Shown piece after piece: positions 11,677-21,247 of a stretch of DNA of 64,000 bases. The position numbers were made by a program, and so were the translations under genes. The stretch covers positions 640,001 to 704,000 of the forward strand of contig CAWCNS010000004.1 of the NCBI GenBank assembly GCA_963796965.1. Reading direction: 5' to 3'. Below the pieces are notes generated by a model. The model made no database searches, was not told the origin of the DNA, and worked only from the letters and a program-made list of their open reading frames with translations. Every line of letters begins with the position of its first letter. Position 1 is the stretch's first letter. Origin of the DNA: Calditrichia bacterium (lineage in GTDB: Bacteria; Calditrichota; Calditrichia; JAJRVZ01).

Positions 11677-14070
11677 TTGATGAGTTTTATTTCCAGAGTA
11701 ACAGTGATGATTATGACTTTTGTACTGCTAACAGTTGCCATAGAAAGTAGTGGTCAGGACAGTAAGCCTGTTATAATATCAACTGTGACCATCGTGATAC
11801 CCTCCGGTAGTGATCATCAGTCAGAGAAAATAATGGCATTAGTACTTTCCGAGGAGATTGAGAAGCGCACAGGAAAAAAATCGATCATCTCAACCAATTG
11901 GCCGGAAAAAGGGGCAGTGATTGCATTGTCTTTATCCGATGAAGATCCGGGTTGGGCAAACTGGCCTGTCAGGAGTGGAGAAAAATTTGCAGAAAATAAG
12001 CCGGAAGGATATCGTCTTTTTATAGAGAAAACAAAAGAGGGACAAGCCACTATCTGGATTCTTGCTAAAGAAGGACGCGGTTTATTATTTGGAATTGGCA
12101 AATTGTTGCGTTCAATGGATTGGAGTAGTCAGGGGATACTATTAAATGAAGAAATGGACATCGCCAGTTCACCGGAGTATGCACTGCGTGGCCATCAGTT
12201 GGGATACCGTGCCAGGGCAAATTCCTATGATGCCTGGGATGTTGCTGTTTTTGATCAGTATATCCGAGAGTTAGCCTTTTTTGGTACAAATGCCATAGAG
12301 AATATTCCCTTTGAAGACAGCCGGCCCAGTCCCCATATGTCGGTTCCAAGGGACGAGATGAATATTAGATTAAGTGAGATCTGCTTAAAATATGACCTTG
12401 AGTATTGGGTTTGGACACCGGCAGATTTTGATCTAAATATTAAATCTCTGCGCGATGGGGCATTAGCCATACATAAAGATTTTTATGAAAAATGCCCGCG
12501 ACTGGACGCAGTGTTTTTTCCTGGTGGAGATCCAGGGGACAATCACCCGAGGCTGGTCATGCCATTTCTGGAAGAAATAGCAGCTCTGCTAAAGGTAAAC
12601 CATCCGCAGGCCAAAGTGTGGATCTCCCTACAAGGTTTTAATAAAGAGGAAACCACATATTTTTATAAATATGTGAAAGAAAATACACCTGTCTGGCTTG
12701 GCGGCCTTGTGGCAGGACCCTCCAGTCCGCCAATCCCAGCCTCCAGAAAACGGCTACCCCAACAATATAAGATCCGTCATTATCCTGATATTACCCACAC
12801 CGTACGATGCCAATATCCTGTCAAATGGTGGGATATGGCTTTTAATCTAACGTTAGGCCGGGAATGTCCAAATCCACAACCGATATATTATGCGATGATA
12901 CATAATTGGTTTGCTCCTTACACCGATGGTTTTATTACTTATTCAGATGGTATTCATGATGATGTTAACAAGGTTATTTGGAGTGCCCGGGGGTGGGATT
13001 CAACTATTGATATACGGGAAGTATTAAAAGACTATGCCAGGCTTTTTTTTCGATCTGATCTGAGTGAAAAAATTGCCGATGGTCTCCTCTCTTTAGAGAG
13101 TAATTGGCAAGGGCCTTTAAAATCAAACGGCTCAGTCCATGCCACCTATCAATTATGGAAATTATTGGAGACAGAGGCCCCAGAGTTAAAGGATAACTGG
13201 AGATGGCAGCTTTGTCTTTTACGAAGTATCTATGATGATTTTACCCGGGATCGATTAATTTATGAAAGCGAATTAGAGAGAAAAGCCACTGATATCTTAT
13301 TGACCTCGGATAAAATAGGATCCGGTTTATCTATGAAAAATACTATGGATGTTCTCAATGAGGCCGAAGCATATCCTGTTTCCCCTGGAAAGAGGAAACA
13401 AATTGATGAACTCTGCCAGGATTTGTTTAATTCAATTGGATTACAGACCAGTGTGGAAAAATACAATGCCAGCGGCGGGGAACGTGGCGCGATTTTAGAC
13501 TATGTGGATTATCCATTAAATAATCGCTGGTGGTTGGAAGATCAATTTAAGTTAGTGACTGAGATGACTGATGAGGAAGAAAAGATAAGTCGATTAAAGG
13601 AATTAGCCACATGGGAAAATCCAGGCCAGGGTAGTCATTATGACGATCTTGGTAATAGTGAAAAATCGACTCATGTGGTAAGGGGTGAGCGTTTAAATAC
13701 AGATCCAGAAATGAAACATGATCCGAATCCTGGTTACTGGTGGTGGAACAGTGGTTTTAGCCGGGAAAGGTTGTCATGGCAGGTAACGATGGACTGGCCG
13801 TTAGCAGTTCGTTATCAAAATCTTGATCCTTCTTCCAATTATGTGATTAGAATGAGTGGTTATGGACAAGCCCTAATAAGAATGAATGGCGAACGGATTA
13901 AACCATCGAAATTCAAAATGGAATTGGGAGATATAATAGAATTCCCTGTTCCCGCTCAGATTGGAAAAAACGGTAAACTTATTGTAACCTGGGACATGCC
14001 TCAGGATGAAGACCAGTTAAATTGGCGAGAGCAATCCAGAGTGGCTGAAATATGGCTTATAAAACAATAG
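11677..14070 (+). CDS. Secreted unclassified glycoside-hydrolase-like protein (GH20/GH67-type N-terminal domain plus barrel)
   Basis: Signal peptide; PEGYRL...GLLFGIGKLLR; SSPEYALRGHQ; FFPGGDPG. Confidence 0.55.
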   Translation: MMSFISRVTVMIMTFVLLTVAIESSGQDSKPVIISTVTIVIPSGSDHQSEKIMALVLSEEIEKRTGKKSIISTNWPEKGAVIALSLSDEDPGWANWPVRSGEKFAENKPEGYRLFIEKTKEGQATIWILAKEGRGLLFGIGKLLRSMDWSSQGILLNEEMDIASSPEYALRGHQLGYRARANSYDAWDVAVFDQYIRELAFFGTNAIENIPFEDSRPSPHMSVPRDEMNIRLSEICLKYDLEYWVWTPADFDLNIKSLRDGALAIHKDFYEKCPRLDAVFFPGGDPGDNHPRLVMPFLEEIAALLKVNHPQAKVWISLQGFNKEETTYFYKYVKENTPVWLGGLVAGPSSPPIPASRKRLPQQYKIRHYPDITHTVRCQYPVKWWDMAFNLTLGRECPNPQPIYYAMIHNWFAPYTDGFITYSDGIHDDVNKVIWSARGWDSTIDIREVLKDYARLFFRSDLSEKIADGLLSLESNWQGPLKSNGSVHATYQLWKLLETEAPELKDNWRWQLCLLRSIYDDFTRDRLIYESELERKATDILLTSDKIGSGLSMKNTMDVLNEAEAYPVSPGKRKQIDELCQDLFNSIGLQTSVEKYNASGGERGAILDYVDYPLNNRWWLEDQFKLVTEMTDEEEKISRLKELATWENPGQGSHYDDLGNSEKSTHVVRGERLNTDPEMKHDPNPGYWWWNSGFSRERLSWQVTMDWPLAVRYQNLDPSSNYVIRMSGYGQALIRMNGERIKPSKFKMELGDIIEFPVPAQIGKNGKLIVTWDMPQDEDQLNWREQSRVAEIWLIKQ

Positions 14071-14233
14071 CCCACATAAAATGGAATTGAGAGTGTAGAA
14101 TTAATGGTTGAATATGGATATTAGAGATTAGGAATTGGAGATGCCTCATCCTGAATCATACGGGTTGTGTAATACTTCAAAATAAAAGTAAAACATAATA
14201 AAAGTATGTTTTCCCTTTAAGTTAAGTAGAAAC

Positions 14234-14304
14234 ATCCCCTGCCGAAGCCATCCCTTCGGGGCTAACCCCTTCCTCCAAAGGAGTCCCTTTGGGAAAAGGG
14301 GGAA
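14234..14304. repeat. CCCC/GGGG palindromic repeat with nested hairpins
   Basis: CCCCTGCCGAAGCCATCCCTTCGGGGCTAACCCCTT[CCTCCAAAGGAGTCCCTTTGGGA]AAAGGGGGA. Related module lies inverted at 54393-54490. Confidence 0.6.
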
Positions 14305-14509
14305 TAGATTTTGCTTATTCGAACAGATAATCACATTTTTCTGTAAAAATTAATTAATCCACAACAGCCCCAAGAAAGGGGTATAGGGGGTTGTAATTAT
14401 GAAAGATAGACTCTTTATAAATCTATATTGAGTTGTGAGAGATATCTGGACAAAATATTTTTATAATTATTAGAAGTTTCAATGGAATTAAAAAAACTAG
14501 AGGTATACC

Positions 14510-16846
14510 ATGAAACGTTATTTTTATTTGAGATCCCTGGTCTCTCTATTTTTAATGACAGGTATCATTCTAACATCTGGTTGTGAAAAAATGAAAAATA
14601 ATACTATCAAAATAATTCCCATTCCATTAACAATAGAATCTAGAAACGGAGAATTCAAGATCACGAATTCAACCCAGATAGTGGTTGCCAATTCTTCCGA
14701 AAAACTGAGGCCCGTTGCTGAGTATCTTGCTGCCCAAATAAAAACTGCCAGTGGTTTCGATCTGATGGTTTCCATTAATCAATCCGAAACTGATATAAAG
14801 GATCAGATAATTTTCAGTTCAGAGGGTAACGATCCGGATCTTGGCGAAGAAGGATATATATTGAATTGTACAAAAAGTGCTATTGAAATAATTGGTGCGC
14901 CTGCAGGGGCTTTCTATGCCGTCCAAACTCTTTTCCAATTATTGCCTGCTGAGATATTTTCTTCAAATAAACCGCAGGAGAAAATAGACTGGATTGTTCC
15001 TGCCGCTCGTATAGAGGATAAGCCGCGCTTTGTATGGCGGGGGATGCATCTGGATGTTTGCCGGCATATGTTTCCTGTTGAATTCATCAAGCGTTATATC
15101 GATTATCTGGCCATGCATAAGTTTAATAAATTTCATTGGCATCTGACTGACGACCAGGGTTGGCGGATTGAAATTAAAAAGTATCCACGTCTTACGGAAA
15201 TTGGTGCCTGGCGGGATGCTACATTAGTCGGCCATCTTGGAAAGAAACCGCATACGTTTGATAATATTCGCTATGGTGGGTTTTATACGCAGGATGAGAT
15301 CCGGGAAATTGTACAATATGCCCGTGAAAGATTTATTACTGTTGTACCGGAAATTGAAATGCCTGGCCATTCAATTGCTGCCCTGACCGCATATCCGCAT
15401 CTGTCCTGTACCGGCGGTCCTTTTAAAGTGCGCCAGATTTGGGGGATAGAAGATAATATCTACTGTGCCGGCAATGAAGAAGTATTTACCTTTCTTGAAG
15501 ATGTTTTAACCGAGGTCCTGAGCTTATTTCCCTCTGAATATATACATATCGGAGGTGATGAGGCACCAAAGATTTTTTGGAAAGAATGTTCAAAATGTCA
15601 GAAGCGGATAAAAGATGAGAATTTAAAGGATGAGCATGAGTTGCAGAGTTATTTTATAGGCAGGATAGAAAAATTTTTAAATTCAAAAGGACGGCAGATA
15701 ATTGGCTGGGATGAAATCCTGGAAGGTGGTTTGGCTCCAAATGCAGCGGTCATGTCCTGGCGAGGTATTGAAGGAGGGATTGAAGCAGCAAAATTAAAGC
15801 ATAATGTGGTGATGACCCCATCCAATTATTGTTATTTTAATGATTATCAATCAGACCCAAGTCTTGAACCGTTAGCTATCGGTGGTTATTTACCATTGGA
15901 GAAAGTTTATGAATATGAACCTATCCCTGTTGAATTATCACCGCAAGAAGTAAAATACATCCTGGGTGCACAAGGTAATGTTTGGACCGAGTATATAAAA
16001 ACACCTGAAGATGTTGAATATATGGCTATCCCAAGAATGTCCGCTCTGGCCGAGGTTGTCTGGTCAAAAAAAGAAAACAAGGATTTCAATGATTTCCTCA
16101 AAAGAATGTCTTTTCATTATAATCGTTTAGATGCCAAAGGCGTGAATTACCATTGGCCATCTTTGACTGGATTTTCGAAAAACAATGTCTTTATTGATAA
16201 GAAAAAGATTGAAATTAAAAATCAGCGGAAGGGCTCATCTATTTATTATACGTTAGATGGAAGTGAGCCATCGGAGGCGTCGACTCTCTATGATAAACCC
16301 ATAATCTTTACTGAAACAACCACTCTTAAAGTGAGAGAATATATGCCAAATGGCAGAGCGGGCCGTACTTTTGAAGGGAATTTTGTTAAGAGTGTACCCT
16401 TGAAGGCATCAAAAACCCAGGGATTAGAACAGGGTGTTCAGTACAATTTCTTCGAATTTGATGAACCAATCCATTCAATTAATGACTTAGTTGGATTAAA
16501 ACCCAATGATTCCGGCACTTTACAATCGATCATCTTTCCGGAAATAGAATTACCGGAGTATTTTGGTCTTATAATTTCCGGTTACATTGAGGTGCCAAAG
16601 ACCGGTGTTTACACATTTTATGCAGAGTCCAATGATGGTAGTGGCCTTTATATTGGTGAAAACCTGGTGGTCGATAATGATGGATCTCATGGGGCAGTAG
16701 AACGTTCCGGCCAGGTGGCTTTGGAAGCGGGTGTTCATCCAATCAAGGTAAGCTACTTTCAGGAAGGCGGGGCAAAAGCCCTTAAAGTATCAATAAAAGG
16801 TCCTGATCTGGATAAAAGGGAAATTCCAGTAGGCATGTTTTATTAA
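14510..16846 (+). CDS. GH20 beta-N-acetylhexosaminidase lipoprotein with chitobiase-like and PA14 domains
   Basis: RGMHLDVCRH, FHWHLTDDQGWR, PEIEMPGH, catalytic HIGGDEA and GWDEI motifs; lipobox LTSGC. Confidence 0.95.
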   Translation: MKRYFYLRSLVSLFLMTGIILTSGCEKMKNNTIKIIPIPLTIESRNGEFKITNSTQIVVANSSEKLRPVAEYLAAQIKTASGFDLMVSINQSETDIKDQIIFSSEGNDPDLGEEGYILNCTKSAIEIIGAPAGAFYAVQTLFQLLPAEIFSSNKPQEKIDWIVPAARIEDKPRFVWRGMHLDVCRHMFPVEFIKRYIDYLAMHKFNKFHWHLTDDQGWRIEIKKYPRLTEIGAWRDATLVGHLGKKPHTFDNIRYGGFYTQDEIREIVQYARERFITVVPEIEMPGHSIAALTAYPHLSCTGGPFKVRQIWGIEDNIYCAGNEEVFTFLEDVLTEVLSLFPSEYIHIGGDEAPKIFWKECSKCQKRIKDENLKDEHELQSYFIGRIEKFLNSKGRQIIGWDEILEGGLAPNAAVMSWRGIEGGIEAAKLKHNVVMTPSNYCYFNDYQSDPSLEPLAIGGYLPLEKVYEYEPIPVELSPQEVKYILGAQGNVWTEYIKTPEDVEYMAIPRMSALAEVVWSKKENKDFNDFLKRMSFHYNRLDAKGVNYHWPSLTGFSKNNVFIDKKKIEIKNQRKGSSIYYTLDGSEPSEASTLYDKPIIFTETTTLKVREYMPNGRAGRTFEGNFVKSVPLKASKTQGLEQGVQYNFFEFDEPIHSINDLVGLKPNDSGTLQSIIFPEIELPEYFGLIISGYIEVPKTGVYTFYAESNDGSGLYIGENLVVDNDGSHGAVERSGQVALEAGVHPIKVSYFQEGGAKALKVSIKGPDLDKREIPVGMFY

Positions 16847-16903
16847 CATGATCGAATAAAAGTGGATGATGCGGATAATTGAGTTCGGCGCGATTTTCTT
16901 TTT

Positions 16904-16980
16904 TACCACAAAGGGCACAAAGTATCCGCAAAGAACACAAAGTTTTCTTTATTTTAGTTATCTTTGAGCACTTTGTGGTA
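16904..16980. repeat. CACAAAG-type inverted-repeat element between convergent genes
   Basis: TACCACAAAGGGCACAAAG...CTTTGAGCACTTTGTGGTA. Confidence 0.65.
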
Positions 16981-17023
16981 ATATATATCCCTGAAGATCA
17001 TTTTCATCCGCGTTCTATGAAAG

Positions 17024-18274
17024 CTATTCAGTCCATTCGGGATTTATTATTTTTCCCATGAATAATACTGACCCTGACTGTCTTTCTCTTATTACAAACA
17101 CAAAGGGTCTATCGACCCGCATCGATAAACCAGCTGGTGGATCAATTGAGGTAGTTCTCATTTCTACCACAGTAACGGCTGCTGCTTCCGTTCCCTCTTC
17201 ATCGACTTGTACGAAAGTTTTGTGTAGCACACGGCTTATATATAATTCCCGGTTTTCAATGATACGACTAAAATCCGCCTTTTCGGCATCAAAAGCTTCG
17301 TCCATGCCAAGTTTCTTTAAAACTGCATTGAGGGTTTTTTTATATTCCAGTTTAAACTTAGGCAAATCGAGAGATACGCCTGTTGTATCCAGTTGATCGA
17401 TATATCCTTGCCATTTGGTGATATTTAGATTAGCAACATAATCATCAATATCTACGTTTTTTCGAGGCAAGATCACGGTCATGCTAAAGTTGCCAGCACC
17501 ATAGGGTAGGTCGACCATCTGAACAACTTCATCAGCATAATAGTTGAGATCACCTTCAATATGCATCAACTGACATTTACTCGTCTGATTCATAGGCATA
17601 TAAAAAAGTTCTTCTGATGTTTTTTCTTTATCAAATTCATATTGCCATGTGCCTTTGAAGTAAATGGCGTTTATAAGAAACATCAGAGTCATTGGGTCAA
17701 TTTCATCTATTACTTCAGTAATTTTCCCATGAGTTTTATTTTTGACCCAGTCATTGATTTCTATAACGGTTTTTGGATCATTAAAATCTTTAGCTAGAAC
17801 TGTAGCATCGAAATAGGTACGATTTTTTTCTAGAAATATTGGATTAAAAGAAAATTGCTTGCGGTACCAAATAGAATTGGCAATTTCAAACAATACTTTG
17901 GGATCGGCCTGAGTTAACAACAAAATCAGACTTTTATAGGCCTTATTTATTTGATCTTCATTAAGACCGTTAAATCCAAGCGTTTGTTGCATGACGGTGT
18001 AAGTGCTGCTGTCGGCACCGTTCATAGTCATTCCCAAAGCCATGGAAACACTGAGCGGTGAAATAAAGAAATTCTTTTCTTCTTCAACCTCAGATATGGC
18101 CTTAAATAATTCAATACCAAAATCCCCGGAAACGTTGGCAAGATATTGTTCTTCTGTAGTTAATGAACGTATTGGTTGTGGTTGCTCCGTCATAAGTGGC
18201 GACATATCTTTACTGCAGGCTGTCATAAATAATGAGATTAAAATCAGTATAAAACAGATCGATTTAATTATCAC
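17024..18274 (-). CDS. Serpin family lipoprotein
   Basis: NFFISPLS, INAIYFKGTW, hinge VDEEGTEAAAVT and VDRPFVFVIRE motifs; lipobox FMTAC. Confidence 0.95.
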   Translation of the reverse strand: MIIKSICFILILISLFMTACSKDMSPLMTEQPQPIRSLTTEEQYLANVSGDFGIELFKAISEVEEEKNFFISPLSVSMALGMTMNGADSSTYTVMQQTLGFNGLNEDQINKAYKSLILLLTQADPKVLFEIANSIWYRKQFSFNPIFLEKNRTYFDATVLAKDFNDPKTVIEINDWVKNKTHGKITEVIDEIDPMTLMFLINAIYFKGTWQYEFDKEKTSEELFYMPMNQTSKCQLMHIEGDLNYYADEVVQMVDLPYGAGNFSMTVILPRKNVDIDDYVANLNITKWQGYIDQLDTTGVSLDLPKFKLEYKKTLNAVLKKLGMDEAFDAEKADFSRIIENRELYISRVLHKTFVQVDEEGTEAAAVTVVEMRTTSIDPPAGLSMRVDRPFVFVIRERQSGSVLFMGKIINPEWTE

Positions 18275-18540
18275 AGGATTTCCTCGGTTTAGTACTATGA
18301 TTATAAAAGAATTTTAATGTGATGTCAAGGATAGTTCTATTACATATTCACGCTTTACTCAGTCAACAATATAGATAAACGAAAAAAACAGATAAATGTT
18401 CAATGGTCTAAGTATGGAAGATTGAAACTTCCATTGTCGAACTTTTGATAATCGAAGGTGAAATTTGTAAATTATTTTAATTTTTACAGATATACTTCAT
18501 GCAAATACTCCCACCAGTAGACGAAATGATCTGATAATAA

Positions 18541-18786
18541 ATGTATAGGAGATTTATTATGATAGGATTGTCTAACTTATTTATAAACAAAAGAATAAAT
18601 TTGCTCTTAAATATTTTATTATTATGTCCTATCCTCGCTTTTACACAAAATGATAAAGTAATACAAGCATTTGAGCCTCATCCTGTCGTAGAATTGGATT
18701 CCTGGCAAGTTCATACCGGAGATCTGTCAGTTGAAGAAGTATTTGCTGATAATCCTTATTTCCAACATTGTGGAAATATAAAATAA
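18541..18786 (+). pseudogene. Probable 5' remnant of a secreted-protein gene
   Basis: AGGAG RBS before ATG 18559, signal-peptide-like segment, early stop just before a repeat half-element at 18799-18835. Confidence 0.4.
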
Positions 18787-18860
18787 TATGAAATTCCATT
18801 GCGTGCTTAGCGCCTTCTTTGCGTCCTTGCGGTTAGAATCTTTTAGTTGAAAGGAATGAT

Positions 18861-20153
18861 ATGTCAAAAATTAGTTCGATGTTAATTGTTGCCCTAATAA
18901 TGGGATTAGGTTGGGCCATTCGCGGTCATTTTGGGCATGAATGGGGGGCTTCCTGGGCGGGAGGTATGGGCGGATTGGCTGTGTTACTTATAGCCAGAAG
19001 AAAGGACTGGGCGGCAAGATTACCTGTGTTAACCGCTCTTAGTGCCATTGGCTGGGCTGTTGGTGGGATGATGAGTTATGGCATCGTTATCGGATATTGT
19101 CGTGGAAACGATTTCGGCAATGTTTTATATGGCTATGTTATGCTCGCAGTAATCGGGGGTTTATATGGTTTTATTGGCGGTGGTATGTTTGGCCTGGGGC
19201 TCGAGTCAACAGAAGAAAAAAAACCTCGTTGGGCATCACTTGTCACGGAAATGGTTGCCGGAGCCTGGGTTGTCTGGGGCTTAATCGCCTATCAACTGGA
19301 ATGGTTTATGACCCCTCCCCGTTCAGAACTCTGGGCTGCCTGTCTCGGTGCTGCCCTGGCCTTAGCCTGGCATTTATATCGCGAAGGGTTCTTCCGGTCA
19401 TTTCGGGTAGCTGTGTATGCCGGCCTGGGAGCAGCTATTGGATTTTCGTTTGGAAATTTTATTCATACAATCGGTGCTGTCAGTGGAATCAATTATAACT
19501 GGTGGAATGTGATGGAATTTATTCTCGGCTTTTGTGGTGGCTTGGGAATGGCCTATGCGGTTCTTACCCATGATTGGCCTGAAACAATAAAACCATCTAA
19601 AATTGCCAATTGGATGGCCGTACTCTTCGTTGTAGTCGCTATTCCGTTAACCAATTTGATTGAGGCTTTTCATACAAAAAGGTTGGAGAATCTTGCTGCA
19701 AACTTGAAAATGTCAGATCCTGCCGTATTTGTTGATTATCAGAGATTAATTGGCTTTGTAATCTTAATAATATTTACCATATTTGCTGTCATCTTTTGGC
19801 ATCGGGCGGAGAGAAACAAATTAAATATGGTTAATTCGCTTCTGCCACTTTCTCTCTTCGCTTATTCTACTTATTATATGGTATATGGATTTATGGTAAA
19901 AGGTTTCTTCTACCGAAGCCTCAGTATTAGCGACTCGGATGCTCTTTATATTCCTGTATTATTATGTGCCCTTATTTTATGGTTCATCTATCGTAAAAAA
20001 GATGTGATATTGCCAATTATAGACAGCAGGGTAGAAACAGAAAAAACGTGGATCCTTATAACAGTTGGAGTGATTTTAATGTTTGTAATTATTACATTAA
20101 TATCGATTAACATGCACCCCGGACTTCCGGGTTTTCATGAAAGATTTAAATAG
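18861..20153 (+). CDS. Gly-rich polytopic membrane protein of unknown function
   Basis: About 12 hydrophobic segments; GWAIRGHFGHEWGASWAG N-terminal motif; AAGGA RBS. Confidence 0.75.
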   Translation: MSKISSMLIVALIMGLGWAIRGHFGHEWGASWAGGMGGLAVLLIARRKDWAARLPVLTALSAIGWAVGGMMSYGIVIGYCRGNDFGNVLYGYVMLAVIGGLYGFIGGGMFGLGLESTEEKKPRWASLVTEMVAGAWVVWGLIAYQLEWFMTPPRSELWAACLGAALALAWHLYREGFFRSFRVAVYAGLGAAIGFSFGNFIHTIGAVSGINYNWWNVMEFILGFCGGLGMAYAVLTHDWPETIKPSKIANWMAVLFVVVAIPLTNLIEAFHTKRLENLAANLKMSDPAVFVDYQRLIGFVILIIFTIFAVIFWHRAERNKLNMVNSLLPLSLFAYSTYYMVYGFMVKGFFYRSLSISDSDALYIPVLLCALILWFIYRKKDVILPIIDSRVETEKTWILITVGVILMFVIITLISINMHPGLPGFHERFK

Positions 20154-20316
20154 TATTCTAACTGTATATATTTGTAATTGGTAATTGGTAATTGGCATTT
20201 GGTAATTAGGAATTGGGAATTGTGATAATCATGTAACTTTTTATTCATTAAAAAGGGATATTTACTTTATAGTAGATATAATTAAACACTACAAAGATAA
20301 AAATTGGAGTAATTAA

Positions 20317-21111
20317 ATGGTAAATTTAAAAATTTGTATTTGGCAGATTTTGGTTTTTATTGCTCTGCTTCTATTAAATTCTTGTGGAGATTCAAGCCAA
20401 ACCAAAACCCAACCGCAGGCGAAGTTTAATGTTCTAACGGATGCAGAAAAATCTGAGGGCTGGATTTTATTATTTGATGGCAATTCATTTGAAGGTTGGC
20501 ATGGTCTTGGACAAGCCGAATTCCCATCTACTCATTGGATAATAAATAATGGTACAATTCAACGCGTCGCAAAAGAAAATGTGCCGGTTATGGCTGATGG
20601 TAAACCTGCACCTGGCGGAGATATCATCACTGATCAGGCCTGGAAAGATTTTGAATTCTATTTTGAGTGGAAGGTTTCACCGGGCAGCAACAGCGGAGTG
20701 AAATATAATGTTTCTGAGGAGTTCTCTGCTTCACGTGGATCCGGGCGTGGTGCCTTAGGTTGGGAATACCAGGTCATAGATGATAAAAATTATAAAGGTG
20801 AATTAAGACCCAATCATCAGGCAGGTGGTTTATATGATATGATCCCTGCTATGAATAAAACCTTAAAACCCGTTGGTGAGTGGAATAGTTCAAAAATCGT
20901 TTTTATCGGAAGCCGCGGCGAGCATTGGTTGAATGATGTAAAAGTCGTGGAGTATGATATGGACACAGCGGAGTTTGAAGCACTGTATGCTAAGAGTAAA
21001 TATTTTAAAATTCCAACTTTTAAAGATAAAAAAAAGGGACATATTGTTCTGCAGGACCATGGGGATGCAGCCTGGTATCGTAATCTAAAATTGAGACCTG
21101 TTTCAAAATAA
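20317..21111 (+). CDS. DUF1080 (3-keto-disaccharide hydrolase family) lipoprotein
   Basis: GWILLFDG, NSGVKY, EYQVID, VGEWN and LQDHGD..WYRNLK motifs. Confidence 0.9.
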   Translation: MVNLKICIWQILVFIALLLLNSCGDSSQTKTQPQAKFNVLTDAEKSEGWILLFDGNSFEGWHGLGQAEFPSTHWIINNGTIQRVAKENVPVMADGKPAPGGDIITDQAWKDFEFYFEWKVSPGSNSGVKYNVSEEFSASRGSGRGALGWEYQVIDDKNYKGELRPNHQAGGLYDMIPAMNKTLKPVGEWNSSKIVFIGSRGEHWLNDVKVVEYDMDTAEFEALYAKSKYFKIPTFKDKKKGHIVLQDHGDAAWYRNLKLRPVSK

Positions 21112-21247
21112 TATGATATTCCAATTATACGTTTTTCACAATTTTGTAGACTTCATATCGGAGAAATATTAGGAGTAAATATATTCACGTGGTCCTTTAT
21201 CCATTTTCCCTTTTTGGAAAAACAACAAAAAACACACTGACATAAAA

